A stretch of 64,000 nucleotides of DNA from Antedon mediterranea (GCF_964355755.1 NC_092679.1:16537432-16601431), one strand, 5' to 3'; shown: positions 1-12,182, counted from the stretch's first letter. Program-made: numbers and translations. Notes: a model not told the origin generated them from the letters alone.

Positions 1-931
1 CAATCATTTAACATTTTAGATAACGTAAAATAACCTGAAATGCTACATTTGGTTACGTCGTTAGTTTTTGCATGGGTCGGTAAATAGAAAATCTCACGAG
101 ACTGCTCTCTTCTCCCAGACGTTTTGGGGTGTGCGAATGCCCAGTACGAGTTTACAAATTCCCATTTTCAGCCTTTCTACGTATATAGCTTCCGCGTTTA
201 TAGGCGTACTGTTTGTAATGATTCCGTCCTCTGGACTATATAATAGCTGCCTGAAAGGTGGTGCGCGCGAAAATAGAATAGGTAGACTTAATCAATTTGT
301 TCCTGTTTAAGCTCTGCGCATATAGAATCTTTAGGCTCTCAATTCCGAAATACTAAGACATTGGAAATTGAAAATTTGAAAATTGGATCAAATTTTAAAT
401 AAATTGGATCGTCTATCTATTTTGGATATAACGTATTTGCCTAGTATGCATGAGTATACCATCAATTGTATTTTCAATGTTGATTGGATTTATGGAAATG
501 AATGAATCTCAACTGCAATCTGAAAGCCAAAAAAAAAAAATTTAAAAATAGCTACCATCATGTTTCATAGAATGCTAAAACAAGTAACCCAACTCAACTG
601 ACAACTTATGTAGTGTCACATCTAATAAAACGATAAGGCACAACCTTTGGATTTTGTCTTTACTTAGAAGTTACACACAATGTTTATTAAATGAATGATT
701 TATCGACACTGATTTGGTGGATTAGTCGATCATTTTGCCTGTAATAATCAGGCTAAACGCACGTGATGGCAGACACACTCGAATCATCAAATTGCAGAGT
801 AAAAAAATCGATTAATATTGGCAACAGAGTAGTTGACAACTTGATTAAAATCGTACTCTAATATGTCATCATTGAGTTATTGCAACCGCCGCCTTAGCTG
901 AAACATATTCATTTTGGTATATAGGCCTATA

Positions 932-3900
932 ATGCTTTTGGTTACAGCATCGAAATCTTTCCTCGTCAGAGGGCTGTTTGCGGCCCATTCGACCCTCTGT
1001 ATTTGGAGGGTGGTTGACACGACAGGCTACGACGAATTTTGGAGTTTTGCGTTAGTACACTACTTCTTGTTAATATTTGAAGGACTTGTTACGTGTGTTG
1101 CCACAAAGAAGGGCGAGTGGACAGTGTAAGTATTAGTTATTTGTCAGTTCTTTAATTCAGATAAGAAAACAATCACGGTTTAAACTTATATTTAATGAGA
1201 CTATGTAATTTTATATTATTGTGTTTTAGCCTACAGTATTATTATGGATGTAATATTAACATCATAAATTCTTCTATCCGGTTCAGTACATTATAAATCA
1301 TCAGAAAATGATCCAAGCCAACATACAGAATATATTAAGTTTAAGATTGCATTTTACAATGTTTAGACTCCTCCTACCACTATTTCAAATCATTGCAGAC
1401 GCTGATTTCGCTGTTTCCTACCGTATCTTTTTCCTATTATAGCCTACTTTGGTTCCCACTCTAGAACGCAACGCAATGACGTAGTGAACGCGAGTTGACC
1501 ATTAAAGCTTGGTTCCCACTAGAACGTAACGCAAGGACGTAAACGCAACGCAAGCGTTTTAACCAATGACAAGCGAAGTTATAGACAGTTAGTAATCACA
1601 AGCGAATAAGCCATCGCTTGTGATTGGTCAATTCATTTGCATTGTGCTGTCATCCTAAAGCGTGGTTCCCACTAGCGACGCAACACAAGAACGTAACGCA
1701 ACGCAAGCGTTTTAACCAATGACAAGCGAAGTTATAGTTATCAACTCCATCTGTGACTGTAAAGCGTGGTTCTCACTAGCCATCGCTTGTGATTGGTCAA
1801 TTCATTTGCATTGTGCTGTCATCCTAAAGCGTGGTTCCCACTAGAACGTAACGCAAGGACGTAAACGCAACGCAAGCGTTTTAACCAATGACAAGCGAAG
1901 TTATAGACAGTTAGCAATCACAAGCGAATAAGCCATCGCTTGTGATTGGTCAATTCACTTGCGTTGCGTTACGTCCTTGCGTTGCGTCGCTAGTGGGAAC
2001 CACGCTTTACAGTCACAGATGGAGTTGATAATCCATCGCGTCATGATTGGTCAAATTGATTGCGTTGCGCTTACGTCCGTACGTTGCGTCTAATTCTTGG
2101 TTCCCAATAAATAGGAGGCAACGCAAGTATGTAGACGCAACGCAAGTGAGTTGACTAATCACACGCGACTACTGTTCGAATAATCTGCTTGTGATTGGTC
2201 AAATCACTTTGCGTTTCGCTACGTTTTTGCGTTGCGTCCTAGTGGTAACCGATCTTAAAGATGTAATGTCCCTCTGAAAAATTAATTTGTAAAAATGTCT
2301 TTGTTGAATACGCCATTTTAATGTTGCATAATAGTTATTCACTTTGACATAAAATTGGAACGGAAAAAAAATTATTTACCTAAAAAACTGTAATTTAAAG
2401 AAAAAAATAGTCAAATTGGTTGCCAGCAATGGGTTTTTGGTTGAATTTAATCGTTCATCTTTTCATTTTATAAGTGAAAACATTATTCTTCGGGGGTTTA
2501 TTTTCTATGCAATTATTGATTAAAACTACAAAATTACCTATTCAAAGTCAGATTTTATTAATCTTCATTTTTCATGTTTTTGGGGGACAATACATCTTTA
2601 AGTGGGAATCACTCTTAAGCGGGAACCGAGCATTAGTTGTACCTTTTACTTTCAGATTTTCACCATGTGTTCTTATATATCTGTTGACGGTTATACCATG
2701 TATTTGGATCTTGGAATTTTATCTGTACGCTGATCAATTGGAATTTGCAGAGAAGAATGACGTTGAATGTGAAGAAGTGACTGACATGTACAATATAACT
2801 GCTATTGATCTTGAAATTGTAAGAATCCTCAACAATTAAGTTTAACAAACCGTTCGTGTTTATCTTCGATTTATTTTAATTAAAGGCTAAATTTGGCGGA
2901 TTTAAGTAGGCTCACCGAAAACCTAACCTCGAGACGTGTTGCGCAAGAGATGGTTCCAAAGCTTGTTTCCCACTAGGACGCAACAAAGTGATTTGACCAA
3001 TCTCAAGCGATGGATTATTCGAACAGTCACTTGTCATTAGTCAACTCGCCTGCGTCTACGTCTTTGCGTTACGTCCTAGTGGGAATCAAGCTTTACAGAA
3101 TCAACTAGCGTTGGGTTGGGCTCACTTCTTCATCAACATCTAAACAACTTTCAGCTTCTAAAGCTCTGCCTATACTATCAAACTAAAATGTGTGATGTGC
3201 CCAAATATGGTAGTGATATGGCATCATAATGTCCATATCACATTTGGTAAAAAGTTTGATAGTGTAGACAGAGCATTAAACGAATGGCGACGCGTTAATT
3301 ACAAAAAACGATAGGACACGTTACTGTCTGGATAAAGCAAAGTTTCCGATCATTTGCGACAAATTTAATCGTGGAAGGAAGGTCTAATAATACTATTATA
3401 AAATGAATGTTTAGACCTATGATAAAATAAATTCCTCGAAGAGGAACGAACTATAGAACTAAATATTATTGCGATTTTTAATACTTTGTTTCAGATACCC
3501 GTTGTACTTTACTTGGATTACCAACAATGGACTTTAGCGTTGCAGCAGATTTTCGTATTTGTTCTCATCCTCGGCAGATGGCTTTTACCGAAGGGGCACA
3601 TGACCCGTGACCAACTGTCGCAGTTGCTACTGGTGTATATTGGCATGGCAGCTGACATCTTAGAGTTTATCACCGAAGGAGTGAGTATAAACCCCGTCAG
3701 GTGCTCTGCTCTTATGATGTTGTTAATCTTAAGTATCTGGTCATGGAGTCTGTTGCAGTTTACCATCGGTCTAACGTTAACAAAACGTCGCAAGACTCGA
3801 GCGCGCAATGATACGCAGTCATGTCGAATCGGAGATGCGATCTGCATCTGCTGCGAGACGGACGTATGGGCAATTATGATAACAGTGATAATGCAGGATG

Positions 3901-4826
3901 GTCCGTTTCTTGCCATGAGGATTTATATTATCACACAATTTAATTTCGTATCACAAATGATGTTTTTCTTTACCGCCAAAAATGCACTTGTTCTGTTTCT
4001 ACAACTGTATCGTCTGGTTGTACTGTTTTGTGAAAAAGGGAAACCGGAAGAAGAATCGTTCTTGGCAGACGAGAATGAACGATTAGAATACGCGCCCGAT
4101 TGGGATCTGGAATCAAATGCTGTGCTATCACAACTTAGTAAAAGTAACACTATTGTCATTTACAACTTTGGAGATTACGACGAAGACACGTGGACGCACA
4201 CAAGTGAAAGAGAAGTTGTTGAAAATGTTGAGTTGGACTCAAAGGAGGAAACAGACGAGCCATTTCGATCATCGTCTGCAAGAAGTCGCAGTTACAAAAC
4301 AGACGATAAAAATCAACATAACACGCATGCGCACGGAATATTTGGGAAAGCTTACAGATCAAAATACTTCACTCGCGATAACATGTTAAAAGTATTGAGA
4401 TTGAAGCAAAGTAGTAAAAGAGAATTTGATGCAATGCCTTCAACAACCCAAGAAAATAAACGATCGGATCTAAATGACACGTTGCCTTCGAACACATTCT
4501 TCAATCCCACATTTGTGACTACTGAAAGTGAGATTGAAATGGACATTCCTACAGATAGACCAACAGACGTGCAGATGGAATCTGCAAGTTCTTCTGATAC
4601 TAATAAACAAGTAACCCGCAAATCTGGTTTTACAAAAGAACACACTGAAGACGGTAGTGGTGTTGTAGACAATGTTTTAAATAAGGGTATACCGTTAGAA
4701 GAGTCTGCGGGTTATCTTGACATGATCAAACAAGAAAGCAGAGAATCTGGTTTTACAAAAGAAAATGACATTGAAGACGATGATAGGCCTAATGCTATTA
4801 ACAATGGGCCAAAGGAAAGTGGCTAA
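932..4826 (+). CDS. TMEM26: TMEM26-family multi-pass membrane protein, copy A (3 coding exons)
   Basis: Exons 932-1125, 2656-2818 and 3495-4826 have GT/AG boundaries that join in frame (WTV|FSP, LEI|IPV). Motifs RGLFAAHS, FSPCVLIYLLTVIPCIWILE, GRWLLP, TRDQLSQLLLVYIGMAADILEF, QDGPFL and FFTAKN..LQLYRL match TMEM26. Long acidic, low-complexity C-terminal tail. Confidence 0.92.
1447..2255. mobile_element. Nested/rearranged cluster of a PIF/Harbinger-like MITE (TIR AGCGTGGTTCCCACTAG)
   Basis: Repeated TGGTTCCCACTAG...CTAGTGGGAACCA termini with (AACGC)n subterminal motifs. A complete copy at 1828-2006 is flanked by TAA/TTA. Further copies at ~2958-3092 and ~37550-37768. Confidence 0.8.
2259..2597. 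mobile_element. TTAA-target MITE (Kolobok-like AG...CT termini)
   Basis: ttaa|AGATGTAATGTCCC ... GGGACAATACATCT|ttaa. Close relatives at 46963-47313 and 58737-58982, and a truncated inverted copy at ~7267-7545. Confidence 0.8.
2958..3092. mobile_element. Harbinger-like MITE (GGTTCCCACTAG family)
   Basis: aagcttgtttcccactagg ... cctagtgggaatcaagctt inverted termini; same family as 1447-2255. Confidence 0.7.
3162..3275. mobile_element. Harbinger-like MITE (TIR AGCTCTGTCTACACTATCAAACT)
   Basis: Inverted termini with TWA flanks. Same family at ~35056-35351, 46682-46805, 49722-49880, 52275-52405, 52665-52790 and 54240-54330. Confidence 0.8.
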
Positions 4827-5333
4827 TTGCGTCTACGAAATCTCATGTTCTATTGTGATCACACCTACATTGGAGAAACGGGTCGTTGTTTTGGCACAAG
4901 GTTAAAAGAACATAGAAAAGAAACAGAAAAGATAACCCAACAGAGAAAGAACTTCACTCGTCAATCACATAGAGAATCAAAAAATGAACTGAGCAAATCA
5001 GCTATAGCAGATCATGCCGTCAAGTTAAATCACATAATAGACTGGACACAACCTAAAATCATCGACAGGGAACCAGATACAAACAACCGACGCATCAGAG
5101 AAGCCATCTGGATCCGCAGACGAGGAAACCAAATCATCAACAGAGACGAGGGCACCCACCAACTCAGTCACGTGTATGACCCTGTCATTAAACAGAATAG
5201 GCCCTCTAGAGGTCAGTCTGTTTGATGATAGATCGTCATTATTTTTGAAGAAGCTGTCCGATCAGGACAGCGAAACTGTCAAGGTTAGTTTTTACTAATT
5301 ATTGGTTTGAAAAAAAGAATATTTTCAAGATAA
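4818..5333 (+). mobile_element. 5'-truncated Penelope-like retroelement (GIY-YIG endonuclease remnant plus 3' region)
   Basis: Translates as VANCVYEISCS/(1-nt frameshift)CDHTYIGETGRCFGTRLKEH...SAIADHA..NHIIDW...RRIREAIWIR...INRDEG, the GIY-YIG domain of Penelope-like elements. Followed by a hammerhead-like motif. Confidence 0.88.
5243..5284 (+). ncRNA. Minimal hammerhead-ribozyme motif (Penelope-associated type)
   Basis: TTGAAGA-A core (C3U variant), perfect 7-bp stem II GCTGTCC-gatca-GGACAGC, GAAA, minimal stem III ACTGT, cleavage triplet GTC, weak stem I. Lies directly downstream of a PLE GIY-YIG ORF, where such motifs are known to occur. Confidence 0.65.
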
Positions 5334-6131
5334 CAAATGTACGATATTGATGTCCTACCAGAGGATAATGAAAAAAAATAAGTAGGAATCATTCAATCTC
5401 AAAATTGAAACACTTTCGGATGTGACTACCTAAGTTGTTTCATCTAACCATAGGCCTACTGATGAAATTGATAATCTTGACACATTTTAGAAATTTGCTT
5501 TGTTTGCATATTTTTAAGTTATGGATCTGGATCATTATACTCCAATAAAGCAGGAAAACTGCATCAACCTAGAGTTAAACTGCATCACACTAGAGTTAGT
5601 TTAACTTATTAAATTGTCAAGTATAAACATGAGCGAATTCATTCATATCCGTCTTAAAGCTGGCAACCCTGTTCATCTCAACTTTTACTCCCGCCCTCAC
5701 ACCAAACAAAACGCAGGTGAAATCCAGGTGTGTAAGTGTGTGTAAAGCAAGTTTTCTAGTTAATTGGGAGTAGAGTTGATTTTTAATTATATGAAGAAAA
5801 AAAAACAGTAACCTGCCTGTTATATATAATGTTCTGGGAATTCATATTTTCTTTCAGCAATAGCAATTGAATATGCTTTGAGATATGTTCATCGTTAAAA
5901 CTCACATTTCGGTGCATTTCAAATGTATTATTATTTTTTGCCGTGAGAACTTACCCCCCATTAAAATTGTATCCATTTGTTTTTTGCATTTCAGTAATTT
6001 TTTATTTCTTACTTTACTACAATCCAACACAAACTATCTTACATAATGAAACCAAGGTCAGTAAGTAAATACTGTATTTCTGAGTATTGTCTTTATATTA
6101 TACACCGTTTACCAGAGTGCCACTCTCGTAA

Positions 6132-6480
6132 TTTAATAATAATAAATCAGGCTTGATAGAGCGCATTATGCTAATAGCCCCAATGCGATTTACATTAAAA
6201 CAAAAAAAAAACAGTCAAAAGATAGCTTAAATAGATGAGTTTTTAATAATTGTTTGAATGTAACGATGGTGGGTGCTTGTTGAATTGCAGTTGGTAAGTT
6301 GTTCAAAGAGCAACTGAGGCACAGATGAATGACCGACTTCCATAAAACTGTGTAGAAGGGCGGACAGAATGTGAGAGAAGAGACTCAGAAGAAGAAGACC
6401 TCAGAGTTCTTTTAGGAGCATATAATTTGATGAGTTCTTTTATAAATGTTGGTGAAGAGTTGTGCATGGCTTTTATGTAA
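6132..6480 (-). mobile_element. 3' end of an L2/CR1-group LINE
   Basis: Minus-strand translation ...YAPKRTLRSS...YGSRSFICASVAL*NNLP..IQQA.TIVTFKQLLKTHLFKLSF is the typical L2 ORF2 C-terminus. Followed by a TGTAAATCGCATT...ATGCGCTCTATCAA stem-loop tail and (TTA)n. Confidence 0.8.
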
Positions 6481-6797
6481 GCAACATAATTTAGTTTCCT
6501 ATTACATATTATAATGGCAGTTTCCGTACCAGGTGTTGAGCAACGCAAGTCAATAGTATGGTGAACGTATCCTTGGAGATGCCGATCCTCGTAATGAGAA
6601 CAAATTGTTCCGTTATTTCAGCCAGTTTATTTATAGTTTTCATTTCATTTCAAAAGACATTTATTTTCCTCCATAGCAACACAAAATAGTATACAGAAAT
6701 GATAAGTAATGAAGCAAAACAAATATCGATTTTGAATGATGTTGTATATGCCTATATCTTTTCTTATACATTTCTGGGGCGTATTCACTTTAAGAAA

Positions 6798-9700
6798 ATG
6801 GCTTGCTGTAAAGTAATACACTCTTGCATCGTCAGAGTCACGTTTGCGGTTTATTGTATCATCTGCATTGTGTTCCTGATATTCAGGGGAGGTTATCATC
6901 CACTATGGGAATATGTGTTAGTATCGTATATCATATATTTAATATTCGGAGGATGGTTTACGTGTAGGCCTATCACAAACAAGTGCGAATGGTTAATGTA
7001 AGTATCATTTCAAGTAAAAGTACTTTACGGTTCATTCTATTAAGCCAGTCATTTATATTTTTAAAAGCCTAAAAAATCCCGTTCTTTAGTACAATTACAA
7101 ACAACCAAAACAAAAAATATCTAGATTGCGCCAAAGAGTGTCAAAAGAGGCCGACCGCTTCTGTCGCCGATTAGGCGTGCCACTCGCACTCGTGCAAACG
7201 TAGAAATCAATATAAATTTATAAAAAAATGATATGGTTCTACAATGATTTTTTTAAATATCTTTAAAGATGTATTGTACTCCAAAAACATGAAAATGAAG
7301 ATTAATTAAATTAGATTTTGGATAGGTTATTTTGAAGTTACTCACTTTCGTAAAAAAAAAAATTGGTTGCACTTATAAAATGACAAAATAAATTATTAAA
7401 TTCAACCAAAACCCCACTGGCTGGCAGTCAATTTGGTGATTTTTTGCTTTAAACAGTTTTTTTCAGGTAAATAAATTTTGTTTCGATTCAATTTTTGTTC
7501 AAAGTGGATATCACTATTATGTGACATTAAAATTGCATATTCAACAAAAAAAAATGTAAAAAAAAATGTTGATAATGATGATTCCATACAATAACAAGGA
7601 CTAAATATTGCGGATAACTAATACAGATTTTATACAATAAAAATAGGTGATCATTTAGAATATAAAATGATTCACCATGATAAAAAGGTCCATAGCAGAA
7701 ATTGAACTATTAACTATTTGTGTAATTGTTATTACACCAATGGTTCATAGTTCAATTTAACTCCCATTTACAAATTTTGTATTGCAATTAGCATAATCGA
7801 ATTCGGCACTAAGACACACAAATAAAAAAAAAGAGATTTACATTAACAGTAGACGGACGTAACTCTCGGGGTGCCCGTCTAGTTAAATTATTTATTGGTG
7901 AACATTATTTTTCAGCTTTTCACCATGTGTTCTTATACAAATGCTAACATCGGTTATACCATGTATTTGGATCTTGGAACTTAATGTCTATCATATAAAT
8001 CTAGAGAAATTTGAACCGAAGTATGACTCCAGTATAGTGTTAATGGACAACACAACTACAAATTATTTTGTAACTGTAAGAATTCTTTACAATTTCTTTT
8101 AATGATAATAATATTTGTTGGGTCTTTCATTTCATCCGTATTTTTTTACTATTGACTAAAAAGAATTACATTGCTTCTCAAGAGCATTGTTCAATTTAAG
8201 AATTGTCTAAGATCTCTAATTCATTCTAATGAAAGCTAACTCTGCTAACAATTGGAGATGAGGGAATCACTGAAAGCCTCGAAGAGTAAGATCCAAAACA
8301 ACTAGTATATTAGGTGGGGTTGACAAAGCTAAAACAATGTCTAAACGTAATAATGTTAGCAACGTTTGCAACAACGCCGTAGAAAACAAGGCCATATAGA
8401 TGACTGCAGTCGCGTGCTCAAGTTAGTGTTTACCGACCAACTGACCGACCAACCGACCGAAATTGCTGAACATGTTTAAAAATGTTGAAAATGTTGAAAA
8501 ACATTTTTATTTTTTTAATTTACACACGTGCGTAGCTTGTCTCTTTTGACGTGCTCGTATAACGTAATTTTGAGTTGAAAAGTGAATCAAATATGATGAT
8601 ATTATTATAGAAAAGTTGTAAAACAGAAATCGGGCAAAAAGAGTGCATATTAACATTTAACGCGCAGTGCGCGTGCAAAAATCTGCGCACTCATGGCAAT
8701 TTTTGAAACGCTTAAAATTGCCTTAAACGTTGTCTTATTTCATCAAAAAAAAAATAAATAGAAAATTTTAAGCGCGCGTACGCATGCGTTACGCACGTAA
8801 TTGTATTGCCATATGATGATTTATGCCCTGAAATTTATGAGTACCAAATTTTATTTAATTGTGATTCATGCTTGTGAAGATATGATTACAAACATGATTT
8901 CGTTAAATCGTGCGTAGACCGCGTAGGGGCGTGTGGTGCAGTGTGTTGGACGTTGGACTACCGATCGTCAGACCTAGGTTCGAATCCAACTCTCGCCGCA
9001 TTGCTTGTATCCGTAGGCAAGATACTTTACTTACGTTGCCTCTCTCCACCCAGGTGTATAAATGGGTACCCAGTTAGATCTAGACACAACTTTGCGCTGG
9101 TTACCGGCTGCATGGGAGTATGTTTCCATACGTGTTTGATCCCAAAAAATACTGGGGTAATAATGCTTGTAAAGCGCCTTTGAGCATGATTACTCATGAA
9201 AAGGGCGCTATGTAAATGTGGTATTATCAAAGAACTTATAACGCAAGAATCTCCTGTTCGTCCGAAGCGCGTAACAATTTCGAAAGGCATTGTGGGATAG
9301 AATAGAGCTATGAGTGGCGCCATTGTGAGCCATGGAGTAGGGCGCCCGCATCAAATTAGAAAGTCAAAATCATAGAGGGGATCTGCTAATACTCTAGGGG
9401 GTAGAATAATTGACTTCCTAGTTTGGAGGGGGCGCTGCTCCATGCTGTGAAATGGCGTCGCCCAGTTTGACCTTTTAACCCTGTACTTCCGATACTGTGT
9501 TTTGAATGCAAATTGAAGAACAGGAGATTCTTGTGTTATAAGTTCTTTGGTATTATTTAATATTATTAATTTTTGATGGCGCACCGTGAAAACATAACCA
9601 CATCGATTCCTGGCCATAAGGAATACACTGTGAAAAACTGACTTACCTAGGTGAAACTGATATCAAGACAAGGCCATATACAAGTTAGTGTTTACCGACC

Positions 9701-12065
9701 GACCGACCGACATAGTGAGCTGTAGAGTCGCGTTGAACGCGACTAAAAATACTGTAATGATAACGATATCACTGTCCTATAAAGCAAAGTTTCACGTGAC
9801 ATGGAGATTTAACAATATTCTAATAAATGACTTTAAATTTTATAAACTAAATTTATTGCGCTTTACATTTTTTTTCAGACGAGCAGTGATCGTGTCTTTG
9901 ACCCACTTTCAGTAATAGCGCAGCAGATCTTCATATTTGTTCACATCATTGGCAGATTCTTTCTTCTAAGAAGGCGCATTTCTCCTGATAAACTGTCAAA
10001 ACTGTTATTCATGTATATTGGCATGGCAGCTGACATCTTTGTGTTTATCACCGAAGGACTGAATGTAGTCTACATCAAGGATTCTGATGAAAGTACGATG
10101 TATATGATCTTGAGTATCTGGTCATGGAGTATGTTGCAGTTTACCATCGGTCTAACGTTAACAAAACGTCGCAAGACTCGAGCAGTTAGTGGTACTGTTA
10201 CGCACTCATATCGACGTTTCTTTGAAACGGACGTATGGGCAATAATGATAACAGTGATAATGCAGGATGGTCCGTTTCTTGCCATGAGAATTTATATAAT
10301 CACACAGTTTAATTTCATATCACAGATGTGGTTGTTCTTCACAGCCAAAAATGCACTTGTTATACTTCTTCAATTATTTCGCCTGATCGTTCTTTATGGT
10401 GCTATCAAAGAAGAAGACAGAACATCTAGTTTTACTACAGAACACACAGGAGAAGATCGTGATGTTGCTGACAACAATGGGACAAATGAACACGTTCCTT
10501 CTGATGCTATTAAAGAAGAAGACAGAGAATCTAGTTTTACTACAGAACACACAGTAGAAGATCGTGCTGTTGCTGACAACAATTCGACAAAGGAACACGT
10601 TCCTTCTGATGCTATCAAAGAAGAAGACAGAGAATCAAGTTTTACTACAGAACACACAAGAGAAGATCGTGATGTTGCTGACAACAATGGGACAAAGGAA
10701 CACGTTCCTTCTGATGCTATCAAAGAAGAAGACAGAACATCTAGTTTTACTACAGAACACACAGGAGAAGATCGTGATGTTGCTGACAGCAATTCGACAA
10801 AGGAACACGTTCCTTCTGATGCTGTCAAAGAAGAAGACAGAGAATCTAGTTTTACTACAGAACACACAGGAGAAGATCGTGATGTTGTTGATAACAATGG
10901 GACAAAGGAACACGTTCCTTCTGATGCTATCAAAGAAGAAGACAGAGAATCCAGTTTTACTACAGAACACACAGGAGAAGATCGTGATGTTGCTGACAAC
11001 AATGGGACAAAGGAACACGTTCCTTCTGATGCTATCAAAGAAGAAGACAGAGAATCTAGTTTTACTACAGAACACACAGTAGAAGATCGTGATGTTGCTG
11101 ACAACAATGGGACAAAGGAACACGTTCCTTCTGATGCTATTAAAGAAGAAGACAGAGAATCTCGTTTTACTACAGAACACACAGTAGAAGATCGTGATGT
11201 TGCTGACAACAATTCGACAAAGGAACACGTTCCTTCTGATGCTATAAAAAAAAAAGACAGAGAATCTAGTTTTACTACAGAACACACAGTAGAAGATCGT
11301 GATGTTGCTGACAACAATGGGACAAAGGAACACGTTCCTTCTGATGCTATTAAAGAAGAAGACAGAGAATCTAGTTTTACTACAGAACACACAGTAGAAG
11401 ATCGTGATGTTGCTGACAGCAATTCGACAAAGGAACACGTTCCTTCTGATGCTATCAAAGAAGAAGACAGAGAATCTAGTTTTACTACAGAACACACAGG
11501 AGAAGATCGTGATGTTGCTGACAACAATGGGACAAAGGAACACGTTCCTTCTGATGCTATTAAAGAAGAAGACATAGAATCTAATTTTACTACAGAACAA
11601 ACAGGAGAAGATCGTGATGTTGCTGACAACAATTCGACAAAAAAACACGTTCCTTCTAATGCTATCAAAGAAGAAGACAGAGAATCTAGTTTTACTACAG
11701 AACACACAGTAGAAGATCGTGATGTTGCTGACAACAATGGGACAAAGGAACACGTTCCTTCTGATGCTATCAAAGAAGAAGACAGAAAATATAATTTTAC
11801 TACAGAAAACACAGTAGAAGATCGTGATGTTGCTGACAGCAATTCGACAAAGGAACACGTTCCTTCTGATGCTATCAAAGAAGACAGAGAATCTAGTTTT
11901 ACTACAGAACACACAGTAGAAGATCGTGATGTTGCTGACAACAATGGGACAAAGGAACACGTTCCTTCTGATGCTATCAAAGAAGAAGACAGAGAATCTA
12001 GTTTTACTACAGAACACACAGCAAAAGCCGGTGATATTGCTGTCATTGGGATAAAGGAACATTGA
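6798..12065 (+). CDS. TMEM26: TMEM26-family protein, divergent copy B with tandem-repeat tail (3 coding exons)
   Basis: Exons 6798-6997, 7916-8075 and 9879-12065 have the same intron phases as copy A and join in frame. Core MYIGMAADI, ILSIWSWSMLQFTIGLTLTKRRKTRA and ETDVWAIMITVIMQDGPFLAMRIYIITQFNF are nearly identical to copy A. Confidence 0.88.
8925..9227 (+). mobile_element. tRNA-derived SINE with L2-type tail
   Basis: A box TGGTGCAGTG, B box GGTTCGAATCC, body TCCGTAGGCAAGATACTTTAC...CTCTCCACCCAGGTGTATAAATGGGTACC, tail GTAAAGCGCCTTTGAG...GGCGCTATGTAAAT. A 3' fragment of the same family lies at ~21590-21750. Confidence 0.85.
9228..9550. mobile_element. MITE with ~33-bp TIRs inserted in the SINE tail
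   Basis: CAAAGAACTTATAACGCAAGAATCTCCTGTTC ... GAACAGGAGATTCTTGTGTTATAAGTTCTTTG inverted termini. Confidence 0.8.
10401..12060 (+). repeat. Coding 105-bp (35-aa) tandem repeat, ~16 units
   Basis: Unit AIKEEDRESSFTTEHT(G/V)EDRDVAD(N/S)N(G/S)TKEHVPSD. The frame is preserved throughout, with one 3-nt deletion. Confidence 0.97.
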
Positions 12066-12182
12066 AAATATTACTGTTACAATTTTAATAGAACTGGTAT
12101 TAGACTATGAACAAAAGCTAATCTATGTAGAACTAGGAAATCCTTTGTTGTAAATAGTATTTATGTATTCAGTTGAAACTCT

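Larger units (their letters stand above)
8386..9745 (-). mobile_element. Helentron-associated (DINE-1/HINE-like) non-autonomous element hosting nested insertions
   Basis: Minus strand begins TTTTT-AGTCGCGTTCAACGCGACT (hairpin) followed by a (GTCG)n microsatellite. It ends with subterminal CACGCGACT...GGCCTTGT-TTT. Confidence 0.6.

Noticed and set aside
10394-12062. Long antisense and alternate-frame ORFs (550 aa, 475 aa, 172 aa)
   Set aside because: Shadows of the stop-free 105-bp coding repeat of TMEM26-B; no independent gene signals.
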